Of a stretch of 64,000 nt of DNA, positions 40,357 to 50,802 are shown one piece after another. The stretch is from an uncultured Thermodesulfobacteriota bacterium (GTDB taxonomy: Bacteria > Desulfobacterota > JBBIRW01). The stretch's first letter is position 1. Every line of letters begins with the position of its first letter. The notes beneath the pieces are model-generated. The model searched no databases, had not been told where the DNA came from, and saw only the letters and a list, made by a program, of their open reading frames with translations. The stretch is from positions 2,054 through 66,053 of the forward strand of contig CAZDGM010000004.1 in NCBI GenBank assembly GCA_964505185.1, given 5' to 3'. The position numbers and the translations under genes are program-made.

Positions 40357-41648
40357 CCCTTTTTAATTAACCTCTTTCCGTAAACTTCCTTCCCCCTGTA
40401 TATACCTTCCTTTCCCAGCTCCTCCTCTATCCTTATGAGCTGATTATATTTTGAGACCCTATCGGTTCTGCTTGTGGAGCCTGCCTTTATCTGTCCTGCA
40501 TTTACGGCAACTGAGATATCAGAAATGAATGTATCCTCGGTTTCCCCTGATCTGTGGGATACAATAACAGTATAACCTGCTGACCTTGCAATCTCGATAA
40601 CATCCAGTGTTTCAGATATTGTGCCTATCTGATTCACCTTGATAAGAACTGAATTCGCAACACCTTCCTCTATCCCCCTTGATAAAAGGATTGGATTGGT
40701 AACAAATACATCATCGCCGACTATCTGAACGGTATCGGACATACTCTTTGTTAAGTTTTTCCAGCCCTCCCAATCATCCTCACTCATCCCATCTTCTATA
40801 CTGATTATAGGATACTGGTTTACCCATTTTGCATATAATCCTATAATTTCATCACTTCCATAATCCTTACCTGTTGACTTTTTGAATATATATCTCCCTT
40901 TTTCGTAAAGATTGGATGCCGCAACATCGATGGCAAGCCCTATATCTGCACCAGGCTCATATCCTGCATCCTTTATTGCCTGACATATAAGATCAAAGGC
41001 CTCTTCGTGGGCCTTCAACGACGGTGCAAAACCTCCTTCATCACCTACAGAGGTGGAGTATCCTCCTTTCTTTAAAATACTCTTTAGTTTATGGAATACT
41101 TCAGATCCCATTCTAAGTGCATCAGAAAAGCTTTTTGCCCCGTAGGGAACTATCATGAACTCCTGAACATCAAGATTGTTATCCGCATGAAGTCCACCAT
41201 TGATTATATTCATCATAGGAACTGGTAACACCCTGCCTGAAACACCTCCAATATACCTGTAAAGGGGAACCTTCAGATAGTTTGCAGCAGCTCTTGCCAC
41301 AGCCACGGAAACACCCATAATTGCATTAGCTCCGATTCTTCTTTTATTTTCTGTTCCATCAGTCTCGATCATGATTCTATCAATCTCCTTCTGTTTGAAA
41401 ACGTTAATCCCTTTTATTGCAGGTGCAATCAGTTCTTTTATATTCTGTATGGCCTTAAGAACACCCCTTCCTGAATACCTGTTCCTATCGCCATCCCTTA
41501 ATTCAAGCGCCTCCCTCTGTCCTGTTGATGCACCCGATGGAACTGAAGCCCTTCCCACTGTTCCATCCCTCAGGATAACATCAACCTCTACAGTAGGATT
41601 TCCCCTGGAGTCAAGAATCTCCCTTGCATTAATTGTAAGGATCTCCAC
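40353..41648 (-). CDS. eno: enolase (phosphopyruvate hydratase)
   Basis: Full-length enolase with conserved SHRSGETED and KVNQIGT motifs. Confidence 0.95.
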   Translation of the reverse strand: MEILTINAREILDSRGNPTVEVDVILRDGTVGRASVPSGASTGQREALELRDGDRNRYSGRGVLKAIQNIKELIAPAIKGINVFKQKEIDRIMIETDGTENKRRIGANAIMGVSVAVARAAANYLKVPLYRYIGGVSGRVLPVPMMNIINGGLHADNNLDVQEFMIVPYGAKSFSDALRMGSEVFHKLKSILKKGGYSTSVGDEGGFAPSLKAHEEAFDLICQAIKDAGYEPGADIGLAIDVAASNLYEKGRYIFKKSTGKDYGSDEIIGLYAKWVNQYPIISIEDGMSEDDWEGWKNLTKSMSDTVQIVGDDVFVTNPILLSRGIEEGVANSVLIKVNQIGTISETLDVIEIARSAGYTVIVSHRSGETEDTFISDISVAVNAGQIKAGSTSRTDRVSKYNQLIRIEEELGKEGIYRGKEVYGKRLIKKG

Positions 41649-41727
41649 CTCGCACCTCCCGCCAGTTAAAACTGAAAAACCCCGCTGCCATTAGAACAGC
41701 GGGGTCTCTTTAGTCCGGACCATCATT

Positions 41728-41952
41728 CTATATAGCGATAACTTCTTTTACTTCGGGAACCTCCTCCTTCAGATACTGCTCAACACCCATTCTCAATGTT
41801 ATCTGGGAGGCAGGACAACCGGCACATGCACCTGTCAATTTAACTTTAACAACACCCTCAGTTACATCAACGAGCTCAATATCACCACCATCAGCCTGCA
41901 GTGATGGTCTTATCCTTTCAATAGCCTTTTCTATCCTTTCCCTCATTAGCAA
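41728..41952 (-). CDS. NifU-like Fe-S cluster scaffold domain protein (Nfu-type)
   Basis: LTGACAGCPASQITL CxxC motif of the NifU C-terminal domain; 74 aa. Confidence 0.8.
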   Translation of the reverse strand: MLMRERIEKAIERIRPSLQADGGDIELVDVTEGVVKVKLTGACAGCPASQITLRMGVEQYLKEEVPEVKEVIAI

Positions 41953-42003
41953 TCCCCCTTTTTAATTATTTTATCATATCCATTTTTTCCCGTCTAAAAG
42001 ATT

Positions 42004-42684
42004 CTATCTATCCTCAATTATACGTTTAATTCCCTCAGCAGAGATTATTCCTATGAAACCCCTTCCGCAGACAAGAACTCCCTTCTTTTCCATTTTTTTT
42101 ATTATCCTTATTGCCGTCTCCAGTGTAACTGCTGACATATCCGCGATATCTCTTCTTGTAAAATTTAGCACACACCTTCCCCCTTTTCTTTCATGTATCC
42201 TTTCCATAAGCTTAAGAATAATTCTTGCAATCCTTTTTTCTGCACTCTCTGTCGATACTGTGGCAATAAGTTCGTGGGCACTCCTTAGCCTTTCCCATAT
42301 GACTTTCATAATATGGGAATATATGTGCGGGTTTTTCCCGATGAATTGGCTGAAACTACTTCTGCCTATTTTCAGGATAACACAGTCACTCAATGCCTGA
42401 GCTGATGCAGGGTAGGGTTCACCTCTCATTGCAGCAACAACCCCAAATATATCCCCTGGAAACAGTATTTCAAGGATTGTGTCCTTCCCCTCCTCTGAAG
42501 TCCTCAATATTCTTACTAATCCCTTTAATACAAAGTATACATAATGGGATGGATCACCTTCCATGAATATGAATTCACCTTTTGTTATCTTCATTTCAAT
42601 CGAACCAGCAAGGAGATTGTCAAGTGCCTCCTCAGTAATACCTGGAAAAATCTTTATATGATGGAGAAACTCCTTTGATTTCAT
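42004..42684 (-). CDS. Crp/Fnr family transcriptional regulator
   Basis: cNMP-binding beta-roll (GDIFG..A) and C-terminal HTH (RRDIADMSAVTLETAIRIIKKM). Confidence 0.85.
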   Translation of the reverse strand: MKSKEFLHHIKIFPGITEEALDNLLAGSIEMKITKGEFIFMEGDPSHYVYFVLKGLVRILRTSEEGKDTILEILFPGDIFGVVAAMRGEPYPASAQALSDCVILKIGRSSFSQFIGKNPHIYSHIMKVIWERLRSAHELIATVSTESAEKRIARIILKLMERIHERKGGRCVLNFTRRDIADMSAVTLETAIRIIKKMEKKGVLVCGRGFIGIISAEGIKRIIEDR

Positions 42685-42720
42685 TTTTCAGATTATTATA
42701 TCATGCTGATCAGATGAATA

Positions 42721-42767
42721 AAAACACAAGAACCGGCCCCTCAAGGGTAGCCGGCTCTTGTGTTTTT
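42721..42767. terminator. bidirectional intrinsic terminator hairpin
   Basis: AAAA-CACAAGAACCGGC-CCCTCAAGGGTA-GCCGGCTCTTGTG-TTTTT: 13-bp stem with one mismatch, flanked by an A-tract and a T-tract, so it works in both directions. Sits between the crp/fnr start and the micro-ORF/patatin genes. Confidence 0.6.
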
Positions 42768-42801
42768 CCAGTGCGCCCCGATACAGCTCTGAAGCCCCTA
42801 T

Positions 42802-42882
42802 TTACTTTTTCCCCTTCTTCGCAGATTTCTTTGCCGAACCGCCTTTCTTAGCACCGCAACCAGATCCTTTCTTTGTTGCCAT
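42802..42882 (-). CDS. candidate 26-aa lysine-rich micro-protein (MATKKGSGCGAKKGGSAKKSAKKGKK)
   Basis: ATG at 42882 is preceded by GGAGGTGA 5 nt upstream, and the TAA is followed within about 35 nt by the terminator hairpin. It is not in the ORF track because of its length. Confidence 0.35.
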   Translation of the reverse strand: MATKKGSGCGAKKGGSAKKSAKKGKK

Positions 42883-42998
42883 TCATCTCACCTCCTTTCT
42901 CTGTGGAATTTCTTTTTTAATTCTCTCCTCATTTACCTATATCATAATAAAAATGCCTTTGTAAATATTTTTTTGATATTTTCTCGATTTTTTTATCT

Positions 42999-44111
42999 TC
43001 AGAATCCATGCTTTTCCTTCCCAAGATTTTCCAGTGAAACAGAGATCCCGTATTTTTCGAATACGACCTTCAGCTGATCAAAATTTTTTCTGAAAAAATT
43101 CTCTGCGGAATCATAACCATATCTCAGTATCCTATCCTTTCCCCTGATACTCATAATATTGTAGCTAAACATAACAAGATCTTTCGGATCAGGCTCAATA
43201 ACAACGAAATCCTTATCAGGGTATTTCTCCTTCATTCTTTTCAGATGGATGTAAGTTTTCGCATCGCTGCTGATTCTTAAAGCCTGCTCCGCAATGTAGC
43301 TCAATCCCTTCTCACTTATACTACTACATTTTCCATAAAATGTTGGGATACATGGCTCCCTTTCTTCATTTTTTATGTGAACAAGTGGATTTGCAACAAT
43401 AATAAGCTCCGCATTTTTATCTATTGCTATATCAAGATATGCCTCCCTCCCCAATCCACCATCGACAAAATATATATCCTTTATTTTAACCGGCTCAAAG
43501 AAAATAGGAATTGCACATGATGCTATGATAGCCTTTGATATCTGAACATCAGAAAAATCTCCATCACCGAACACATAATACCATCCGGTATCAATATCAA
43601 CAGCAGGGATATAAAGTTCCTTCCCCACTGATCTGAAATCATCACTTAACCCAAAATGCGAGAAAACCCTCTTCATATATTTTTCAAGTCTGTCCAAATT
43701 ATAAATTCCCTGGGGGAGGTTCTCTTCGATTGCATGGAGTGCATCAAGAAAGGAAAAGGATTCCCTGTTTTTCCTGTAATAATCGACTATATCAAAAATT
43801 CTCTGGAGAATCTTTCTGATAAACTCAAGCTGCCCTTTTATATTTAATCTGTAAAGGTCACTTCTCCTGAAATTCAATGGGTGGTTGGTGTCAAAAAGAA
43901 GTGCTTTAAAGATTGATGAGGGTTTTATTTTTTGACTGACCAGTGATGCCAGAACAGACCCTGAACTCACCCCTATGAATATATCAAATTCATTTACAGA
44001 AAAACCTTCTTTTAAAAAATCATCAAGTGCTGTAAGACAACCAACTTCATAAAGAACCCCTATGATCCCTCCTCCAGCCAGAGCAAGGGCAGTCTTTCCC
44101 TCTCTTTTCAT
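42999..44111 (-). CDS. patatin-like phospholipase
   Basis: Oxyanion GGGIIG, nucleophile GVSSGS (GxSxG), catalytic DGG. Confidence 0.85.
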   Translation of the reverse strand: MKREGKTALALAGGGIIGVLYEVGCLTALDDFLKEGFSVNEFDIFIGVSSGSVLASLVSQKIKPSSIFKALLFDTNHPLNFRRSDLYRLNIKGQLEFIRKILQRIFDIVDYYRKNRESFSFLDALHAIEENLPQGIYNLDRLEKYMKRVFSHFGLSDDFRSVGKELYIPAVDIDTGWYYVFGDGDFSDVQISKAIIASCAIPIFFEPVKIKDIYFVDGGLGREAYLDIAIDKNAELIIVANPLVHIKNEEREPCIPTFYGKCSSISEKGLSYIAEQALRISSDAKTYIHLKRMKEKYPDKDFVVIEPDPKDLVMFSYNIMSIRGKDRILRYGYDSAENFFRKNFDQLKVVFEKYGISVSLENLGKEKHGF

Positions 44112-44211
44112 ATCTTAATTCTGAACTTTTGTTTATCAGAAACTAAGTTGTCTCTCGACTTTAATTCGAAGCCACGCTCCGGCAATAGGCCCGAGCATGC
44201 CTTCAACTTTT

Positions 44212-44484
44212 TTATTTTACTGCGTCCTTCAATGCCTTCCCGGGCTTAAACTTAGGAACCCTTGTTGCAGGTATCTTGATTTCCTTTCCCGTTTGAGGAT
44301 TCCTTCCCACCCTTGCCTTTCTCTTAGCAACAGAAAAAGTCCCAAAACCTGTAAGTGCAACCTTCCCTCCCTTCTTAAGGGTATTCGTCACTGCTTTAAT
44401 AAAGGATCCAAGCGCTTTCTCTGCTGACACCTTGCTGATTCCTGATTCCTCGGCAATCTTTGCTACAAGTTCTGCCTTTGTCAT
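44212..44484 (-). CDS. hup: HU family nucleoid-associated DNA-binding protein
   Basis: [12 protein letters not shown]...[28 protein letters not shown] is the classic HU arm motif. Confidence 0.9.
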   Translation of the reverse strand: MTKAELVAKIAEESGISKVSAEKALGSFIKAVTNTLKKGGKVALTGFGTFSVAKRKARVGRNPQTGKEIKIPATRVPKFKPGKALKDAVK

Positions 44485-44524
44485 GACTATACCTCCCTTA
44501 TTTTTTTTATTAAAACAGCTATCA

Positions 44525-46396
44525 TCAAGTTGCCTGTCTCCCTATACTTACAACGGTATTTCCACCTCGACTTTTTGCGATATAAAGTGCATGATCTGCT
44601 TCTCTAACAAGGTCTACTGAACTCTGCACATTGTCATGAGGATAAACAGAAATACCTATGCTTGAAGTAATAGAAACACCTTTCCTTCCTATAAGAAATG
44701 TATCATTCTGCAACCTACTCTTTATCCTCTCAGCAACAATTTCAGCCTCCTTTAAGTCAGTATGTGGCAGCAAAATAATAAACTCATCACCTCCATATCG
44801 AGCAAGGATATCAACCTCTCTTAACTGATTTTTAATAATCATGGATATCTCTTTAAGAACAGCATCCCCTGCTTGATGACCGAAGATATCATTAACCCTT
44901 TTGAAGTCATCAAGGTCAACCATGATACAGGACAGTGAATGTTTGTAACGCATTGCCCTTTTGAATTCATCATTTAGCTTTTCGTAAAAATATCTATGAT
45001 TGTAGAACCCGGTCAGACTATCAATAATTGTAAGTTCTCTCAATCTCTCATTAGCTCTACGGAGAAGCTCTGTCGTCCTCTTTAGACCCTCTGCAAGAGA
45101 CTTTTCCTTTGATATATCACGAAATGATAACATTGCCAGTTTCTTTTTTCCAGGAATGAGGCTTGCATTAATATAAACCCACTTTGACTCCTTTCTCCTT
45201 GTTTGAATTATAGCCTCAGTACTCCTCGTCCCCTTTTCCAGAGAGAAAAGCTCCATTAAATCGTTTATCCTTTCCCTTGAATCCTCTGAAATGAATTCAA
45301 GAAAACTTACTCCCCTTAACTCCTTTATACTGTATCCAACAAGGTTCTTAAATTTTTTATTTATATGGACAATAGACCCATTTTCATTAACTGTTATGAG
45401 GGGGTCTGATGCATGGTCAAATAAGAACCGTGATTCTTTACTCATCTGGAGTCTCTTTTCCAGATATCTCTTCTCCCTGCTTTCCTTCAAGAATGCATCC
45501 TTGAGTATCTGGTGCTCAACAGCTTTTTTCAATGCACCTGCACAGATGCTTGCAACCGCCTGGCAGAATCTTACCTCCCTTTCGATAAACCTCTTTTTCT
45601 TCTTATAAGCTTTAAGTATGAGTGTCCCGATAACTTCCATTCCAAAAATTATTGGAACAACAAGGATTGATTTTATCTTCAGCATCAATAGTTGTTTTCT
45701 AACCTTTTCAAGTAAAGGATCTCGTAATACATTCTCAATTATAACTACTTCACCTGTAATTAGTGCTTTCTTTATCTCCGGATATTTATCTATTGAGATT
45801 TCGAGCCCCTTGATATCAGGATTATCATGGGATGCCATGACATATGCTTTATTTTTCGAAAGATCAACACTTATTATTGAACATCTCGAAACTTCTATAT
45901 TATCCGCAATTTTCTTAGCACTCATGTAAAGAATCTCTATTGGATCAAGTGAGGATGAAACAATCCTTGCAATCTCAAGAAGTGCATGAATATCCCCACT
46001 TTCCCTACTGGCATCCTCGATCATCTCTATCTGTTTCAAAGCCTTTCTGAATTTCCAATTAATGTATCTCTTTCCCCACTCAATGCATATACAATCATCA
46101 ACATGATATTTCTCAAAATCTATATTGGAAAGCTCCTTTGTACGGCTAAAAACACATAAAATCGGGATATTCCCTGTTGAGTCATTACTCTTTATGGATT
46201 TAGTAAAACTCCACCCCTCACGCAACAGTAATCTACCCTCTACAACGATAATGTCAGGACGGTCATCCATTGTGAAGTAGTAGAGTGAAGGAAAGCCGTT
46301 AATAAAAGAGAAGCTAAAGAATTTCCCTTCGATGGTCTCTGAAAATTCGTCCTTCAATTTATCATCGGAGAAGTAACAGTAAACTCTTCTCTTCAT
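44525..46396 (-). CDS. diguanylate cyclase (GGDEF) with GAF and PAS sensor domains and a degenerate REC-like N-terminus
   Basis: RYGGDEF active site; PAS ([22 protein letters not shown]); GAF-like central region. Confidence 0.85.
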   Translation of the reverse strand: MKRRVYCYFSDDKLKDEFSETIEGKFFSFSFINGFPSLYYFTMDDRPDIIVVEGRLLLREGWSFTKSIKSNDSTGNIPILCVFSRTKELSNIDFEKYHVDDCICIEWGKRYINWKFRKALKQIEMIEDASRESGDIHALLEIARIVSSSLDPIEILYMSAKKIADNIEVSRCSIISVDLSKNKAYVMASHDNPDIKGLEISIDKYPEIKKALITGEVVIIENVLRDPLLEKVRKQLLMLKIKSILVVPIIFGMEVIGTLILKAYKKKKRFIEREVRFCQAVASICAGALKKAVEHQILKDAFLKESREKRYLEKRLQMSKESRFLFDHASDPLITVNENGSIVHINKKFKNLVGYSIKELRGVSFLEFISEDSRERINDLMELFSLEKGTRSTEAIIQTRRKESKWVYINASLIPGKKKLAMLSFRDISKEKSLAEGLKRTTELLRRANERLRELTIIDSLTGFYNHRYFYEKLNDEFKRAMRYKHSLSCIMVDLDDFKRVNDIFGHQAGDAVLKEISMIIKNQLREVDILARYGGDEFIILLPHTDLKEAEIVAERIKSRLQNDTFLIGRKGVSITSSIGISVYPHDNVQSSVDLVREADHALYIAKSRGGNTVVSIGRQAT

Positions 46397-46463
46397 AAAA
46401 ACCTTATTTTCTTTCTATTTTATAAGGCATCAGTGTATTTTATACAAGCTTTTTCTTTGCAAT

Positions 46464-47168
46464 TCAAGGCAAAATGTGGCTTCTTCTGCGCCTTACGAAG
46501 AGAAAAACGAGGATAACACCGGAAATAAACCCACCAATATGTGCCCACCATGCAACACCACCATGAATGCCATGGGCTATAGATGCAGTGCCTGATAGAA
46601 ATTGCATAAAGAACCAGATTCCGAGAAAGAAGAGGGCTGGGACTTCAACAATCTGCAAGAAAAAGAAAACAGGGATAATTGTTAGAACCCTTGCCCATGG
46701 ATAGAGAATAAAATATGCACCAAGCACACCAGCGATCGCACCACTGGCACCCACAATCGGAACTCTTGAGAAAGGATTCATCATTGCCTGAACAAGATTT
46801 GCAATTACCCCGCAAGAGAGGTAAAATATGAGAAACTTCAGATGACCCATCCTGTCCTCAACATTATCACCAAATATCCAGAGATAGAGCATATTCCCAC
46901 CGATATGAAACCAGCCACCATGAAGAAACATAGCAGTAAAAAGAGAAAAGATTCTTGAAAATATTCCGATGTCGATATGTCCTCCAAAGAAAAGAACATA
47001 GGGGATAAGACCATATCTGAAGATAAATTCATCAAGTCTTCTTCCCATCCCGAGTTCCATTATGAATACAACAATATTTACCAGTATCAGCGAAACATTT
47101 ATTATGGGATATGTCCTTGATGGGATTGTATCCTTAAGAGGGATCATCTGCTCTCTCGGTATTTTCAA
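46464..47168 (-). CDS. rhomboid family intramembrane serine protease
   Basis: GASGAIAGVLGAY catalytic Ser, a conserved His in the downstream TM segment, six TM segments. Confidence 0.85.
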   Translation of the reverse strand: MKIPREQMIPLKDTIPSRTYPIINVSLILVNIVVFIMELGMGRRLDEFIFRYGLIPYVLFFGGHIDIGIFSRIFSLFTAMFLHGGWFHIGGNMLYLWIFGDNVEDRMGHLKFLIFYLSCGVIANLVQAMMNPFSRVPIVGASGAIAGVLGAYFILYPWARVLTIIPVFFFLQIVEVPALFFLGIWFFMQFLSGTASIAHGIHGGVAWWAHIGGFISGVILVFLFVRRRRSHILP

Positions 47169-47612
47169 TTAATCATATAAATTATAATAGAGCCTGTTCA
47201 ATTAAAATTCCTTTAAGATGGTATTATTTCTGGGCCTTTCCAATCAATCTATTTTTTAAAGCCACTCAAAATTCCCTTAAAAGATATCCTCCCGACTCAC
47301 TGAACTACATAGAGACCTATTTTATTGATAGGATCAGAGGGGATGGAGCAAGGATTAATCTCGCAGGAGTACTTCTTCTCCTTTCAAAAGCGACCTTATG
47401 GATTGACATCTTTCTTACTCAAGATATCTGGCTCGGTCTTATACAGTTTAATGGATATATAAATGAACGGAATCTGGCCTGATATTCATGATCTATAAAG
47501 AAGGGGCAGGGTATCTGCGGGGCAATAAGTCTTTATATTAAGGGGCTTCAGAGGCTAACCCCACCCCTTCAGTGCCGCCTTAAAATAATATCAGGTTGCC
47601 CTCTCCATGTCA

Positions 47613-48713
47613 TCAGAAATCTTGAGGGGCAACCAATCTCTTTATAACCCTTCCTGAAAGTAAAATCAAGAAAAGAAAGGAACCCGAAAAAAGAACAGGA
47701 ACCCCAGGGTCCCACCTATACGATAACGTTACACCCTCAATTACCCTTAATGGGGTAATGGAGACCTCTCCAAGGGTGACCCTCTCGCCGAGATGAAGCA
47801 TAACAGGACCTTCATCTTCTGTCCTGTTGATGCCAGCCCTGAATAAAATCATATAAGGTTTAATTTCCTCCACTGATCCGTCCCTCTTAAAAAGCCTTCC
47901 AGTTCTTAAGGGAGAAACCTTGAAGGTTTCATTTTTAAGATTAAAGGGTTCTTCAGGTAAGACCGTAAATTCACCACCTCCCTTATCCTCCCTAATTGAA
48001 ATCCTCTGCTCAATTCCCATGAGATAGAATACGAATCCACCTAACCTCAATGGATCATTCACCTCGAGTTCCTTTTCTCTGATCTTAACCCCATCCCTGT
48101 ATAATATTACCCTTGCCTTCCAATCCCTTGGTTGAAGATTATCATCCCTAAGCTCAAATCTTGGTCCTCTTCCCCCGATACCGAAGGCTGTCTTCCATCT
48201 TTCAATCTTATCCTTTGGATACTTAAGATGGGGCTTTTGATAATATTCCGTTTTCAGAGAGAGAAGCTCTATTTCGATCCTTCCATGACTGCCTCCCACC
48301 CCCTCTACCACCTTCCTTTCGCCTTCAAAAACCGTTATTTCACCTTCAAATGAATAAAGATATGTAAGCCAGAATCCAGCAAAGCACAATATAAGACAGA
48401 TGTGGAAACCCAGTGAGAAGAGTGAATCATATCCAATTCCCTGTTTATAAATACGATTAGCTGCACTGACTGTGCAGCATATAAGGTTTAAAAAGAAAAG
48501 GAGGCTTAAAAAAAGGAAGAGTGGGGAAGAGAAGATATTTAATATATTAAAAGTTCTCACAAACCCTAGATACCGCCCCCCTGCCCTGATGTATTCCTCC
48601 AGATCACCCCCCTGCGGAAAGATCGTTCCAAGAAGAAAGAAAATGCACAAAATGCCAAGAAGCAGTATTGAAGTCTTTATGGATGTAAATGCTTTTAAAA
48701 TCCAGCGAACCAT
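47613..48713 (-). CDS. resB: cytochrome c biogenesis protein ResB/Ccs1 (system II)
   Basis: N-terminus TSILLLGILCIFFLLGTIFPQGG, a large periplasmic domain and a C-terminal TM segment; adjacent to ccsA. Confidence 0.75.
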   Translation of the reverse strand: MVRWILKAFTSIKTSILLLGILCIFFLLGTIFPQGGDLEEYIRAGGRYLGFVRTFNILNIFSSPLFLFLSLLFFLNLICCTVSAANRIYKQGIGYDSLFSLGFHICLILCFAGFWLTYLYSFEGEITVFEGERKVVEGVGGSHGRIEIELLSLKTEYYQKPHLKYPKDKIERWKTAFGIGGRGPRFELRDDNLQPRDWKARVILYRDGVKIREKELEVNDPLRLGGFVFYLMGIEQRISIREDKGGGEFTVLPEEPFNLKNETFKVSPLRTGRLFKRDGSVEEIKPYMILFRAGINRTEDEGPVMLHLGERVTLGEVSITPLRVIEGVTLSYRWDPGVPVLFSGSFLFLILLSGRVIKRLVAPQDF

Positions 48714-48722
48714 CTTTTTATC

Positions 48723-49598
48723 TCAAACTGAATATACATGGAGGCTTGGTATACCAAGAAGCTTTGCAAGCCAGTTTACACCGAGAAATGTCATTATCAT
48801 ACATATAAATCCCAATATATTGAAGAGTGACGATTGCCACCCCCTCCATTCGCGCACAACCATAGAGTGAAGATACAGTGTATATACACACCATGTTATA
48901 AGTGACCATGTTTCCTTTGGATCCCAGCCCCAGAATCTTCCCCATGCCTGATACGCCCATGCAGCACCTGAGATAATCCCGAAACTGAGCAGGGGAAAAC
49001 CGATAAGGGCAAGCTTGTAGGCGACCTCCCTCATCTGGCTTACTGTTACAGGATTCCCTGATGACCCTCTTCTTCTTTCCAGCAGACCCGCATAGATACT
49101 GCTTATTTCAAAGGAGGCACTTACAACAAAAACTGCATAGGATAGGAATGAAAGGGCAACATGCCATATAAAAAACTGACTCTGAAGTGCGGGAGGTAAG
49201 GGATCAATGGATGGAGTCCTTGAGCTTATTGCATAAAATGTTGAACCGAATGAAATTGCAGACACAATAAGCGTTGGAAGTAAAACCTTAGCCTTTATAT
49301 AATAAACAAAAACAAGCGTAACAGCACCAATCCATGAAAACCATGAAAGACTTTCAAACAGTGACTGGAATGGTGCCCTTCCTCCCTCATATATCCTGAG
49401 AATAACAACAGCCGTGTGGAGAAGAACATTTAGAGTGAGAATCCTTATGCACATCCGACCGATGATTCCCTTTCCTGTTGTCCAGTATAAAAGGGAAAGG
49501 ATCGTGCACAATCCATAAATAATGGATACAGTTGCAAAAAGTTTTAATTCCAGGGCAAGCAGATATGCATCCTTTTCAAAAAGGATCCCGATGTGCAT
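48723..49598 (-). CDS. ccsA: cytochrome c-type biogenesis protein CcsA/ResC (haem exporter, WWD family)
   Basis: Trp-rich WWD motif AWAYQAWGRFWGWDPKETWSLITW; polytopic. Confidence 0.85.
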   Translation of the reverse strand: MHIGILFEKDAYLLALELKLFATVSIIYGLCTILSLLYWTTGKGIIGRMCIRILTLNVLLHTAVVILRIYEGGRAPFQSLFESLSWFSWIGAVTLVFVYYIKAKVLLPTLIVSAISFGSTFYAISSRTPSIDPLPPALQSQFFIWHVALSFLSYAVFVVSASFEISSIYAGLLERRRGSSGNPVTVSQMREVAYKLALIGFPLLSFGIISGAAWAYQAWGRFWGWDPKETWSLITWCVYTLYLHSMVVREWRGWQSSLFNILGFICMIMTFLGVNWLAKLLGIPSLHVYSV

Positions 49599-49635
49599 CT
49601 CCTCATCCCCTTTTATTAAATATCCTTAAAAATCA

Positions 49636-50799
49636 TCAATCAAGCCTCTTCTGGAATCTCACTATGCTTAAGAATATTATTACTGTGCCTAAAAGGATGA
49701 GGGCAATCGTATAAACCCATAAATGATAGAGTCCAACACCCTTCAGTATAATCCCCCTCAATATGATGAGAAAATATGTAATGGGAAGCAGATAGCCAGC
49801 CATCTGAGCAAGCCAGGGCATCGCCTCCCTCGGAAAAATAAATCCCGAAAGGAGTATACTTGGAAGGAAGATAAAAAATGAAAGCTGGAATGCCTGGGCT
49901 TGGGTCTTTGATATCATGGAAAGCCATAATCCCAATCCAAGACTTGAAAGCATGAAGAAGAATGTGAGTACATATAGAAGAAGGATTGACCCCGCAACTG
50001 AAACATCAAATATCCATGAACCAAGCAGAAGTATTATCGTAAACTGCATATAGCCGATAAATATGTATGGAAGCATCTTTCCCAGCATAAGCTCAATCTT
50101 TGTAATTGGCGTGACAATCAGCTGCTCAAGTGTTCCCTGCTCCCTCTCCTTTACTATTGCAACTGCAGTATATGTTATTGTCGTCATCATAAGGATGATC
50201 CCGCAGATTCCCGGGATCATAAAATTTGCACTCAGCTGATCAGGATTATACCATGCCCTGATTTCCACATTAACAGGAAGAAGCCTCTTTGATTCTTCCT
50301 CTGAAGGGAGTGTGCTTTTTATCCCATTTCCCCCCTCCCTTATCCTCATAATAAGAAGATCTATGGACCAGAGCTGACCTATGGCATGTGCAGCACTGAG
50401 TGCTGACGAAGAGGTCATCGGATCCGATGCATCTATGATAACCTGAACCTGTGTGCTCCTTCCCGCCTTTATATTTTTCTCAAAATCAACAGGGATAATA
50501 ATACCGACCTTTGCGCTACCACTGTCTATGAGATCCGATAGCGCCTTGAAATGGGGAGGATAAAATCTTATATCAAAATACTGTGTATTTCTAAAACTAT
50601 CAATAAGCCTTCTTGATTGTTCTGATTGACTGTAATCTATAACAGCAGTGGGAAGGTGTTTTGCCTCAGTATTGATGGCGTAGCCATAAAGGAGAAGTTG
50701 AAAGGTAGGAATTATAACCATCATAGCAAGTGTTATCCTGTCCCTTTTTACATGAATTAACTCCTTCCATACTATTGAAAATAGCCTTGTTGTTGACAT
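49636..50799 (-). CDS. ABC-2 type transporter permease
   Basis: N-terminal TM segment, a large extracytoplasmic loop, and a C-terminal 5-TM ABC-2 domain. Confidence 0.8.
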   Translation of the reverse strand: MSTTRLFSIVWKELIHVKRDRITLAMMVIIPTFQLLLYGYAINTEAKHLPTAVIDYSQSEQSRRLIDSFRNTQYFDIRFYPPHFKALSDLIDSGSAKVGIIIPVDFEKNIKAGRSTQVQVIIDASDPMTSSSALSAAHAIGQLWSIDLLIMRIREGGNGIKSTLPSEEESKRLLPVNVEIRAWYNPDQLSANFMIPGICGIILMMTTITYTAVAIVKEREQGTLEQLIVTPITKIELMLGKMLPYIFIGYMQFTIILLLGSWIFDVSVAGSILLLYVLTFFFMLSSLGLGLWLSMISKTQAQAFQLSFFIFLPSILLSGFIFPREAMPWLAQMAGYLLPITYFLIILRGIILKGVGLYHLWVYTIALILLGTVIIFLSIVRFQKRLD

Positions 50800-50802
50800 T
50801 CC

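Noticed and set aside
42758-42964. 68-aa plus-strand ORF in the crp-patatin intergenic region
   Set aside because: Low-complexity Phe/Pro-rich translation. It overlaps the terminator hairpin and lies antisense to the much better-supported 26-aa Lys-rich ORF (strong SD, own terminator).
44112-44211. Imperfect hairpin plus T-tract on the plus strand between the patatin and hup genes
   Set aside because: The stem has 3 mismatches in 16 bp, and there is no plus-strand gene upstream for it to terminate. It may be a weak bidirectional terminator for hup but is not convincing enough to annotate.
47169-47612. Possible tmRNA, SRP RNA, 6S RNA or cobalamin riboswitch in the long intergenic region
   Set aside because: No tRNA-like GGGG...TTCGAATCC ends (tmRNA). 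No GGAAGCAGCCAAGG-type helix-8 motif (SRP RNA). The sequence GGCGGCACTG differs from the B12-box GCCACTG. It is kept only as an unexplained non-coding region.
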